A stretch of 64,000 nucleotides of DNA, taken from Octopus vulgaris (lineage: Eukaryota). Position numbers and translations under genes: made by a program. The notes under the pieces were generated by a model. That model was not told the origin of the DNA. It did no database searches and worked only from the letters and a program-made list of their open reading frames with translations. Shown here in pieces: positions 28,812-40,429 of the stretch. The stretch covers positions 14,136,001 to 14,200,000 of the forward strand of contig OX597814.1 of the NCBI GenBank assembly GCA_951406725.2, in the 5' to 3' direction. The stretch's first letter is position 1. The number at the start of each line of letters is the position of its first letter.

Positions 28812-28813
<2 letters not shown>
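28735..28813 (+). mobile_element. 3' tail fragment of the repeat family at 34285/34900
   Basis: ttttgtatcacctg..ggatgttttgcgtccttgtcccattttgta matches 35316-35358. Confidence 0.55.
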
Positions 28814-28869
<56 letters not shown>

Positions 28870-29078
28870 CATATATATGCATACAGATGCATATATAAAT
28901 ATATAGACATGTGTGTGTGTATAATTATGAAGCGTGAAAGAGAAGCAAAGGAACAAGCAGACAAGACTGATAAAAATATCCCAGAATTTGTTTTGCATTT
29001 TTAAACACAACCACATACATATGCACACATGAAAAGCACAGGCATGTACGATATCTATCAATCTATCTATCTATCTGT

Positions 29079-29144
<66 letters not shown>

Positions 29145-30929
29145 GTCTATCTGTCTGTCTACCTCTCTCTCTCTATCTATCTATCTAGCTAGCTAGCTAG
29201 CTATCCAAATAACAGTCTCTCTACTTTTTTTCCTCTACCTGTCTATCTTCAGTACACCGAAAGGAGTATAAATTACTATAGTCGAGATTGCAAATATTTA
29301 AGCTGCTTGTTGATGAAATCTATTCTTAAGTCGGCCTCAACGGAAGAGTTTCACGGCAGGCAAAACACAGTTAATTTTATGCTCTTCTATGAAACTCCAC
29401 CTTACTGATCTCAACAAAGGACGCAATACCGTGATGTCCGGAGATCTTTGCAGACAAATTGCCCTCGTATTAGCATACAAGTAATATATAGATACTGACA
29501 GATCTAAGGGGAGTGCATAGTGCACATTTAAATCAAGAGGTAAAGGAGACAGGATAGGTTTCAAGAACTGATGATGTGTATGATCAATGCTTGTAAATGT
29601 CTTGTAACCAACATAAATTTTCATATATATTCTTAACATGTATATGAATGAGATCTATGATAGATACAACAAAAGGATGACAAGGCTTGTATTCTGTCTT
29701 ACTTGGCCAGTCGGAGTAATCATCCACACGTTGTCAAATATAAGGATGATTCTGATGATAAAGTTTACAAAGAATTTGGTTACAACTTTAATATATTGCT
29801 TTTGCTTGATCTCCCATATTTGTATCTGAAATAACCATCTGTAGTGCAGTGTCTCCCATCGCAACTAAAATAACTTACGTCTATCCATCATAGTCAGTAA
29901 TATCTCAGCGTACTCGTTTACTTACTTTACTTTACGACAGACGTGGATAATATACTAAATCCACCAGTATTTACACAATCTCTTGCTCTCATGTGTGGCT
30001 TTGCAGGCATTCCACGTTGTAAAGATAAGTTACTCGACGTGCCGGTGTACCGTTGACAACGTGAGCGTGCAACAGATAGAAGCGGTATATTGTGAATTGT
30101 ACTCATGAACGACTATATGTGTTCATCTCTCTCATTTTCTCTCTCACTCTCTTTCTCTCTCACTTTCTCTCTCCCTCTTTCTCTCTCTCTCTCTCTCTCA
30201 AAGAAATTCCATCTTTGTCTGGATTTCAAGTTATATTTACAATCTTAATATAGTATAAAATAATATAATATGAAATAATGAAATGATAGAATATTTAATG
30301 TCCAATCTGATTGAACTAGTACTTTCATGCATTAAACGATGCAATCTTCAGGTTCATGTAGCAGTGGTTACAAATATTATCTTTTACAAGTTACAACTGT
30401 AGTGAGTTGGCTAAATTCTGTGCCTTAAATACATGTATATAGTCTCCAGAACGCTAATTTTTGCAAACTGTATTCTGACCATTCAGTATGTGATTTTGCT
30501 AAATTACTTAAGTTCATTGGTGTTCGGTTTAGGCGTCACAGTTTGCTGAACGTGTCAAGACACCTGTATTTTGACCCGGGGCAAAGCAGTAATTGTTGTG
30601 CTATTTTTAGAAATGTTGTAAAGTACATTTGCCAGGGAACTTTACGTTTCACTTATCATCACCATTATCACCTCTTTTATTATTGTTGTCGTTGTTTCTG
30701 TTGTTGTTGTTGTTGGTGATGGTAGTGGTGTTGGTTGTGGTGGTGTTTGTAGGAGCAGCTGTGTTAATAGAACTTCAAACCCCCAAATAAGATTATTTTT
30801 ACTGACTTTCCTCTTGACCAAGCTAATATCTCCGGCTATCGTCATCATGAGAACCTATAATATTATTGTTGTCAGTGGTAATGGTCGTAGCAGTAGAAAC
30901 AGTACCTCTAAGTATTAGTATTATTGTCT

Positions 30930-33010
30930 ATTTAGCTTGTGTTGGAACTTATTAAGTTCTTTTTTCTGAGTTTTCTCTCAATTTCACTTGGACTGTGTAG
31001 TTTGTAGAATGGAAATATTATATATATTTTCCGACCACATGTTGCTAGATGGTTACTCAAAGGTAACTGACGGACATCTTGGTCTCTAAGTTGCTGTCGG
31101 TGCACACGTGAACGTTCTGATTGTGCATTTCCAGTGTGACCCATATACAGATCTTCACAAAAATTCGGGCATTTGATGCAGTATATTAAATTTCAGCTTT
31201 TGCAGCTCATATTTGCGTTTGCGAATATTTTTCCGGTTTTTGTGTTCATATATTGGCTGGTATGTATGAATTTCCATGTGACACCTCGGCTGACCTTGCA
31301 TTTGTTGCCATTGTTGATTTTTGTTTCTTTTACCACGAATCATAGCTCGATCTGTGATTATATCTTTTAATACTTTGAGTAATCATTGATTGGTTTGATT
31401 TGGCAATGTTGAAGATATTCTGGTGATATGGGTTGTGAGTCATTATAAATGGTATGACTTGTTTCTGTTTTCCCCTTCTTTGGGTTATCCTTAGATGTTG
31501 TGTGTGTATTTTTATAACCCGCTATATGCCATTTTCTATAGGTAGAGACGAATATTTTTGTTTGAGCAAAAGTTCTCTTAGTTCTATTAGGCTTTTTTTC
31601 CCTGATATTCGCATCTTCTACAATAGTACAAATTCATCTGGCTAGACAATATGGGATGTTGCATTTCGTATGTGGTGGATTGCACGACTTAAAATTCAGG
31701 TATTGATGTATGTCAGTGTGTTTGTAGTATATATATATGTGTGTGTGGTAGTGGTGATGTCCTTTTCAATTACCATTATATCTAGGAATGGTAATTTGGT
31801 ACTACTCATCTCCTTTACAAAATAGAGAGATGAGTGTAAGTTGTCCAGGGGGATACTGAACTCTTCCAAAGTATTTAGAGATTCTCTCCAGATTGTGAAA
31901 GAATCATCCAGGTGTCTCTTCCATGCTCTTTCGATATACTTCCTAAATTCAGTGCTAGGTTTCCTCTACTCCTTGATAGAGTTGTGCTAAATATCCCATT
32001 TCAGAGTTCGCGTAAACGGGAGCAAACTTCATTCCCTTCGCCATGCATTTCATTTGGATGTAATTCTTTCAATTGAAGAAGAATGTTTTGTTTTCCAGCT
32101 GACTGTGCTGATATAAATGGCACTGTGAATCTGCTGGAGATCACTTTCTATGTTTTTCTAACCAGTATTTAATCGCCTTTATTCCTAAATCGTGTGGAAT
32201 ATTGGTGTAACGGCTTACCACATAAAAACTAAGAAGAAGTGAATTTGTTTAAGTTGTTTTGGGAAGATGCGACAGGACGTCGATGTCATCCTGGATTAAA
32301 CTGGATGTGCAGATACATAGTGATTTTAAAACAATGTCAAAAAAATTGCTTGGATGGTCCTTGAGTTGTGATGTTTTGAAACGAGGTTGTTGATCTTGTT
32401 CATGATGTGTTGGTCTTTATTTGTAGGTATTTCACAATAGAAGGTTGTTTCCTTCCGTTGGTCCTCAACCAATTCCTTATAGCGTTCTGTATTCATAAGA
32501 ACAATTGCACCCCTTTATCTGCTTGTTTGATTATTATCGTTTGTTCATTTTGTATATATTTAAGTGCTGACATTTCTGATTTGTTAATATTTGACCTAAC
32601 ATTAGTATTGTATCAAAGGGGAACTTTTGACAGGACCTCAATGTATTGGTCAAGATCGTTATTTCTTCCTTTTGATGGGGTAAAATTTGATTTATTCTCT
32701 ACTAGGGATTCATCAATCTCATTAATTTTATTAGAGAAGTATTCTACAAGTCGTAACTTACGACATACATTTTGGATATGCTCCTATAGTTCTTCGTGGT
32801 TGACTGTTGGTGTAGGTGTAAATTCAGTCCTTTTAACAGATGTTGGATTTCCTCATTGTCAAGATCTCTTTTGGATAAATTAATTATTTTCGGATCGATA
32901 CGTTCAGTTGTTTTGGGCATGTTTCCTCTTGGATTTTTTCTTTCTCCGGTGTTTGTGTTCCTGACGCTAAAAACTAGATTTTTCTCTCTTTATGACTTAT
33001 ATTCCTGTTG
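30930..33010 (-). mobile_element. Decayed Penelope-like element (Neptune/Poseidon-type), RT plus C-terminal GIY-YIG
   Basis: IIIKQADKG, RYTNIPHDLGIKAIKYW, KFAPVYAN, WKRHLDDSF, LPFLDIMV, NLIYCIKCP, YMGHTGN..ERSRVHRQQLR. Confidence 0.88.
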
Positions 33011-33018
33011 ATGTATAA

Positions 33019-33086
<68 letters not shown>

Positions 33087-33087
33087 A

Positions 33088-33602
33088 TAAGCAAAAATGC
33101 TAGTTCTAAAATCATTCTAAGGGATCAATGCAGTAGTTGTACTAGCAAGTAATGTTCGTAACCATTCCACCATAGCCATCTGTTCGAACGGACTTTGCTG
33201 CAATTTTTTAACTCCAGGATGACATCTTCTTTGGTTGGTTAACGATGCAGTTGCATCCCAAATATTGCGAGGGGGGCGAACCGCCTACTACCTCCTAGCG
33301 AACCACTGCCATCTCTGGCAGACGATATATCCAGTACTGAAGAGAGGCGGAAATAACGCGATACCAGGCTTGTCTGCTAGTGCCGTCGCTAGAACGTGGT
33401 AGGGGTTAGCTCACATGCTTGCAATATCTCGCATGTAGCTGTGCATCGTTAACCAACTAGAAGCGATGTCCTCTTGGAGTTAAAACATCGCAGTAAAGAC
33501 TATTCGAAAGGACAGCAATGCAGAATTGGCTACGCACATCACTTGTTAGTACAACTACTGCTGGATCCCTTAGATAGATTGCAGAACTAACGCTTTTGCT
33601 TG
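33088..33602 (+). mobile_element. Rod-like foldback element (~215-nt arms) with a hammerhead in the apical loop; retrozyme-like
   Basis: 33088-33301 is reverse-complementary to 33386-33602, e.g. tctaagggatc/gatcccttaga, ttggttaacgatgca/tgcatcgttaaccaa, ctagcga/tcgctag. Confidence 0.8.
33321..33387 (+). ncRNA. Type I hammerhead ribozyme, copy 1 (GAAA mutated to GATA)
   Basis: gacg..ccagta CTGAAGA g aggcggaaataacg c GATA cca ggc ttg TC tgctag..cgtc. Confidence 0.7.
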
Positions 33603-33678
33603 TTGCAAAATTAGTGATTTTATGTAGCTTGAAGTTGCATATATTGCGATCAGAAGCGAGCTACTGTTATCCCAAGTA

Positions 33679-33745
33679 GACGAGGTGTCCAGTACTGAAG
33701 AGAAGCAGATATAGCCCGAAACCAAGCTGGTCTGCTGGTCCCGTC
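33679..33745 (+). ncRNA. Type I hammerhead ribozyme, copy 2 (intact catalytic core; predicted cut after 33732)
   Basis: gacg..ccagta CTGAAGA g..c GAAA cca agc tgg TC tgctgg..cgtc. Stem I ccagta/tgctgg and stem III cca/tgg pair fully; stem II is weak. Confidence 0.85.
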
Positions 33746-33837
33746 GCTAGAAGGTGGTAAGGGTTCGCTCCCCAAACTGGCTAAAGATGTACAACTGCAT
33801 CCCATATATATTTGTGCGGTGTGGGTGCGTTTGTACG

Positions 33838-34205
33838 CACAGGTGTAGCTGTTTGGTAAGAAGTTTGCTTCCCAGCCACATTGTTCTGGGTACAGTCCCA
33901 GTACATGGCACCTTGGGCACGTGTCTTCTACTGTAGGCTTAGGCCGACCAAAGTCTTGTGAGTGGATTTGGTAGATAGAAAGTGAAAGAAGCCCGTGGTA
34001 TATTTATGTATATATATGTATGTATTTGTGTGTCTGTCTTTGTCTCCCCACCATCACTTGACAACCGATGTTAGTGTATTTGTTCCCATGTAATCTAGCG
34101 GTTCGGCAAAGGTGATTAATAGAGTAAGGACTGTGCTTACAAACAATAACTCGACTAAAGGTGGTGCTCCAGCAAGGTCGCTGTCAAACAAGTGAAAGAA
34201 TAAAA
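33838..34205 (+). mobile_element. tRNA-derived SINE, second family
   Basis: ggtaagaagtttgcttccca.ccaca head; ggccgaccaaag.cttgtgagtggatttggtaga and agcggttcggcaaa core. Homologous to 52421 and 59365. Confidence 0.85.
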
Positions 34206-34284
34206 GAATGTGTGTGTGTGTGTGTGGATTGCGTATGTGTGAGTGTCTATTTGTGTATATTTTTAGGCATATATATATATATAT

Positions 34285-34590
34285 ACATAAGAGACCAAAG
34301 TATACGTACGCCGCTATATGCATGTAAAAAAGAATACAAAAATGGACAAGACAACACAAGGATGGGTCATTCGGAGTTTTCCTTGGGACTGGCCAGATTG
34401 GAGCAGTCTCAAGTATAACCAACCGAAACTTCTGATCTAATCTGGAACTCGACTGATGAAACACAACTCCGATGACCCGTTCTTGTTTTGTCTTGTCCAT
34501 TTTTGTATCATCTGTCTTGATGTTTTTTTTTATTCTTTGTATTCTTTTTATATACATATAGCGGCGTACGTATACTTTGTTCTCTTATGT
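34285..34590 (+). mobile_element. Foldback copy of a PLE-like repeat with a permuted hammerhead in the loop
   Basis: Arms 34285-34380 and 34466-34590 are reverse-complementary (acataagaga..gtatacgtacgccgctatatg / catatagcggcgtacgtatac..tctcttatgt). Confidence 0.75.
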
Positions 34591-34592
34591 GT

Positions 34593-34676
<84 letters not shown>

Positions 34677-34899
34677 TTTGCACGAATCTCTTATCCTTTC
34701 ATTTTTTCTTTCTTTCTATCAGCCCCTTCACACTAACTACGTTGTTTCCACTCTTCTTTCTTTCGCTCCCCTCACTCACATTTCCTCGCCTTCCCTTCAT
34801 TCTCACCTTCCCTCCTTTTTCATTTCACCCCCTCCCCTTTATTTTTTCCCTCCCTCCCTAAATCTTCTATCCCTCTGCTTCTACCTCTTTCCTCCCCTT

Positions 34900-35365
34900 T
34901 CACGTGACCGGTGTTCGACCAAGCCTGAACTTACTTTCTTGGTTCGACTACCACCCGTGCCACATCTATATTCCTTCCCATTGATATCATGACCTATGTC
35001 CCTGCCGTAAGGCTTCGCTTCTACACACGTCAGCTTAATTTAATTCGTCCTTCGTCGAAAGACACCTGTTGCTAATGTCCTGTTGTGTGCATTTATATTT
35101 GTGTACCGTTTCTCGGTTTTTTCATCTTCCTTGTATTCGCATACATTCGCGGCTTTCTTCCTAGGAATCTAGTGCCTTTAGCTTAGATTTTCCTTGGGGC
35201 TGGCCAGATTGGAGCAGACTCGAGTATAACCAGCTGAAACTGCAAATCTAATCTGGAACTCGACCGATGAAAGAAAACTCCGAATAACAGGTCCTCGTTT
35301 TTTCTTGTCCATTTTTTGTATCATCTGTCATGATGTTTTGCGTTCTTGTCTCATTTTTAGCATCC
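34900..35365 (+). mobile_element. Longer copy of the same repeat family, with a pyrimidine-rich leader
   Basis: 35188-35335 is homologous to 34377-34525. Confidence 0.7.
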
Positions 35366-35369
35366 TTTT

Positions 35370-35479
<110 letters not shown>

Positions 35480-38370
35480 TAGGTAAGGAAGGAAGGAAGG
35501 AAGAGAGAGAGAGAGAGACAGAAATAAAGAGAAAGAGAGAGAGGAAGTGACTGGAAGAAAGTAAAAAGAAAAGAGACAATGGGTTAAAATTGTAGAAGTA
35601 TTTCCAGACAACCAATACGCAATTTATAGATTTTGCAGAACAAAAAGAAAAATGAAAGATTTCAACTAGAAACGGCACACAAAATATTAACACTTTAGCT
35701 GCGAGGACATTTAGATTTGTGATTTGAATTTAACCAAAATTATGAGAGTAGATTTTTATAAAAAGTTCTAGGGGGAATTTGAACGTTATAACCATATCAA
35801 GTGAATTGCATTGAAGATAATGATAGCTTACTTCTTGAAGACATGTTACAGGGGGTAATCATGTATGTAATATTGTTTGAAGCTGTAGTTCATACAATTT
35901 GATATATTTTTACCTAATGATTAGCAATCTCTATTTTAATGCCCTAGAACATTAAGTAAATCAGAGAAAAATTAACTAGTATAGCCAACATCAAAATCAA
36001 GTAGGTTTTAATTATGCACAACCTATTCTGAATTTACAACATCAAATAATAACAGGCAATTTAACTCATTAGCTTGTCCTCTATTTGTGGCATCTCAGTG
36101 TTTTCTTTTCCCTATCTGCGTAGTTTTAACATCGTTTCATCGTTTCGTTTTCCTGCTTATATATTTTTACATTCTTTCACTTGTTTTTACTCTTCGTATG
36201 CGGGGCAGTTGAATCGAAATAATTCAATGGGCATGCATTTCATTAGCTACTCAAATGACGCATGTTCAAATCCAATAGATTTGTTTCTGAACTCAATAAA
36301 ATTTTTCACTCACATATTTTACGTTTCCCCAATACTATCTGAGATCATCCAGGAATAAAATATATCTTCCGTCATTTACTTAACAGCATTGAGAGGAAAA
36401 ATAGAGAGTCTGCGCATGCACTTTTTCTGCTAGAAACAGTATTTGTATTCAACTTCTATTACATCTTATAGTCTCAAAGAAATGAGGTCACAATGCACAT
36501 CTCAAAGTGATGGCCATCATTGAGAAGCCTTTGGTAATACGTATGCTTCTTTAAGACTGAACTGAAGCCAAACAAGAACAACATTTGGCATTAAGTAGTT
36601 ATTGCGAATCGGGAAGAAGTGTGTATTTTTTAGATTTTATTGTATATTTTTTATGTTGCATGCTTGATACATTATTGATAGCTTGTTTCATAATAACAGA
36701 TAGTGTACATTGAATCTTTGGAGTGTTCTTAAAGATACTTTTAACAGCCTACAAAGAATAGGTTTTCTTGATCAGGGATTACTTATATGGACGAAGAAAT
36801 TTACTTAGTTATTGTCACTATTTTATCCATAGATAATATTTCAAATATAGTCAAGTGACCTTGTAGGTTTTATTGACGATAACCTTTTTCAGAACGTGTA
36901 ACCTTCTATGTGCAGCCGAAGACGAATGATTTAATCTGTGACCTGTAGAACTGGTACAATTTAAATACTACTGTCGCTTAAGTAGATAATTACTTATCTG
37001 AAAAGGCAAGTTCTTGTACTTATGTCAGAAACCAATAATTATTTGGTACCATTTGATTTATGACTAATGGAAACATGATGGAATAGCATTATAAGAACAA
37101 CGCAATCCGATTCAATTGACATTTGATCAATTTCTGTCAGCTGTGGCAGATACTGAAACATTAGGTTTTATAAAGTTAACGCTGTTTTTAACCCTACCTA
37201 GTCAACTTTGATTGAGTAGACTTACACTCAAAGGCTTTTTTGCAAAGATCATTCAGTCGTTTGGAGGTATCTTGCACTACATTATTTATTCTATTTGTTC
37301 TCGTCTTCCTGAAGAATATACAGCGGAATTTACCGCTGTGGATGGAACAATATTTGCTCTTGCACAAGAATCATTAGATCTTTTCACAAACTGTTTTCCT
37401 GAAATGAGAAAATATTTAGTTAGTTAGAAGATCATGCATGAAATTTAAAACCTAACATCCTGAATAAACAAGTTATTATTTTTGAATATGATCATTTTCG
37501 AGATTTACCACGTATGCATTTTCCTTGCTGGAAAATATCAGAGACACTGTTAGTCATAATCAATGGAATCTATGTGTGATTGTCAAACAAGGCAAAGGAG
37601 CCAACACACAGAGTGACGATATCCACATAAATGTTTCAAGAACAAAATGACGGCGGATACGAAGCATTTGTGAATGAGTATTTCATCTAACAATCCAACG
37701 ACTGGTAGCGTTGAAGTTCCAATGCAGAAATGGAGGTAAAAAGAAAAACTAAAATATTAATAAGAAAGGGGTTAATACTTGAGATGAGTTTGTTTTCGAT
37801 ATCAGAATCATACATCTGTGCTCGTACGTCCCATGTTCTTATATGTTATATGATAAAACCAATGTATTTATCAGTGTGGAATGATCAGTTTCATATTTTT
37901 AATACCTTCATTAAGTTAATCGAGAAAGTTCTGCTGACAATCTTTATAGAAAATGCGTCAAAACTATTCGTTAAATATAGGAATGCGTAACAGTTGATGT
38001 GAGAGCGCTAATTTTCTTTGTCTTGTTTTTATAGCGCAGTGTTATGTGCTACAACTCTAATTTATATGCGCCACATTACTAATTTACATCTATGGGAGAA
38101 ATGATGTGTCAATGTGGCAAGTGAATTATCAGTCGTACAGGTAAATTAATAAGATATATACAATATTAGATATATACATATATACACAAGCTAAATTTCG
38201 AAACCGGTACCAGGTTGACCAGTATTTATTTGATCTGACCCAGTAGAAGTAAGACATTATTATTGTTCACTGATATTTTTTCCTATTTATAGCGATATAG
38301 GTACTCATATTTTACACTTGTGTGTGTCTGTGTGTCTGTGCGTGTGCATGTATGTATGTATGTATGTGTG

Positions 38371-38417
<47 letters not shown>

Positions 38418-38714
38418 AATAGCTCTGCGCAATGTGACACCACTAAGTGTGACAAAGGGTGCCGACGCAGCAACATAGTTAGAAATAAAACCTAAACTAC
38501 TCTTAATGCTGAAGGAAGGGCAGGAATATACAGTGAACGCATTACCGGTGAGAGAATCATTGCTGATGTATATAAAAATGTGTCCGAAATAATTTGCACT
38601 TCATATTCGAGACTCCTATAAACCTATCGGATTTAGTTCTAAGAGTACATTGCATCTTATAGCAGAAACAGATGTAAGCTAATGTATGTATGTATATATA
38701 TATATATATATATA

Positions 38715-39260
38715 TATAAAGACTTTTTTGCGTAATGTGATAAAAAAACCAAAGCTGTGTAGATATTAGAGCATTTATAGATAGAAGGTCTTCCATCTGT
38801 TTCCAGAATATTTATTAATTATTTCCCTTCATCGGAGACGGTGTGAGAAGATTGGTTAAGTAATAGTTAATTTAGATAGGGCACAAAATAGAGAGTGACA
38901 TGGAGAAAAGAAAATAAATGTGAGATATGTAGGGATATCGAATTTGTAGATCCATTTTTAGGAAGAATGGTATATATTTGAGATTCCAATGCCTTATGGG
39001 AAAAATCCAACAGAATATATATATATAAACGAGAGCTGTCATGGTGTCCAACCGGATGACATATCACTCAAAACTCACCTTAATAATAAAGAGCTTCTAA
39101 TGCGGCATGCCATAATATGGAGAAGAGTAACCTCAATGCATCTCTAAAAATTGAATATATAAAGAACCTCCTTGATAACACCAATTCCCTTATATATCGC
39201 ATGAGGTGGGGAGCATACTATACTATCGCAACTGCAAAGAAGGGAGGGATAAAAGGGAAA
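38715..39260 (-). mobile_element. PLE pLTR-like remnant with degenerate minimal hammerhead (38788-38839)
   Basis: Minus strand reads gtct CCGATGA agggaa...ttctg GAAA cagatg GA agac. Next to a (TA)n tract. Confidence 0.45.
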
Positions 39261-39427
39261 TGTATTTTGAGGATGTAGCTGCATCGATATATTCTATCGT
39301 TATACTTATTGTGTATATATACATATATATGCTATAAGTATAGCGATAGACGATATGGAGACTGCTACATCCTTATATATACAGGGTGTATTATATAAAT
39401 ATATATAGGTAAATATAAATATATTGT

Positions 39428-39657
39428 TTCTTTACTACCCACAAGGGGCTAAACACAGAGGGGACAAACAAGGACAGACAAACGGATTAAGTCGATTACA
39501 TCGACCCCAGTGGGTAACTGGTACTTATTTAATCGACCCCAAAAGGATGAAATGCAAAGTCGACCTCGGCAGAATTTGAACTCAGGACGTAACGGCAGAC
39601 GAAATACGGCTACGCATTTCGCCCGGCGTGCTAACGTTTCTGCCAGCTCGCCGCCTT
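39428..39657 (-). mobile_element. tRNA-derived SINE (well-preserved copy)
   Basis: Head ggcggcgagctggcagaaacgttagcacgccgggcg, B-box-like gagttcaaattc, core shared with the 27145 array. Confidence 0.88.
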
Positions 39658-40429
39658 TATAAATATAAATATATGCTGGTGGATCACTATCATTCGAAGA
39701 GGGTAATTCGATTGTTCGATCATGCTGACCTTCAATCAAGGTATAAGTACCTGAGCATCATGCACTCGAGTACCCATAAAATAATCCTCAAACAGAATCA
39801 GTTTGACTCAATGTGTGATGAAATTGTACCTTTGAACTCGAGGTACATTCCAATCGGTATACTCCTATGTTCCAGCTACTTATTCAGTCAAATCATCTGT
39901 CTTCACCAGAGGCTACATGCATTTGCATTTGTCTAAGATGGCTCGCAGTCAGACTAATCCTCAGATATTGTAGATATACAAAACGAACTTCTTAACCATT
40001 CGTCTAGTTTGCTCCTATATATAACATAAAACACCATAATAATAACTAGTGACATTGAATTCAATTCAGAGAGAATATTAAAATACCCTCATGAGAAGAA
40101 GTTTTATTCACTAAGTTTCTAATGCCTCAGTATATTAAACAAACTATTTAAACATAAATGTCATCTTAAAGTTTAGGTTCACTGTCTGAGAAGCTGGGAA
40201 CGTGGTGCTGCAAAAGAGAAAACAATGAATCTAATATTCCTGAGATAATACACCATGTGTTATATGTAGTCTTAGAAAGAATATGAATAGAAAATTTGCG
40301 AATTCAATAGACATTATAGTCAAAAACATACGCATATATCTATGCGTGTGTTTCTTTGTATGTGTATCTGTCTATTTGTGCAGTCTTCATATGAAATAAA
40401 ATTGATATTGTAGGGTTTTATTTCACGGG

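Noticed and set aside
34054-34557. 167-aa ORF
   Set aside because: It spans a SINE, a microsatellite and a foldback repeat, so it is a chance frame.
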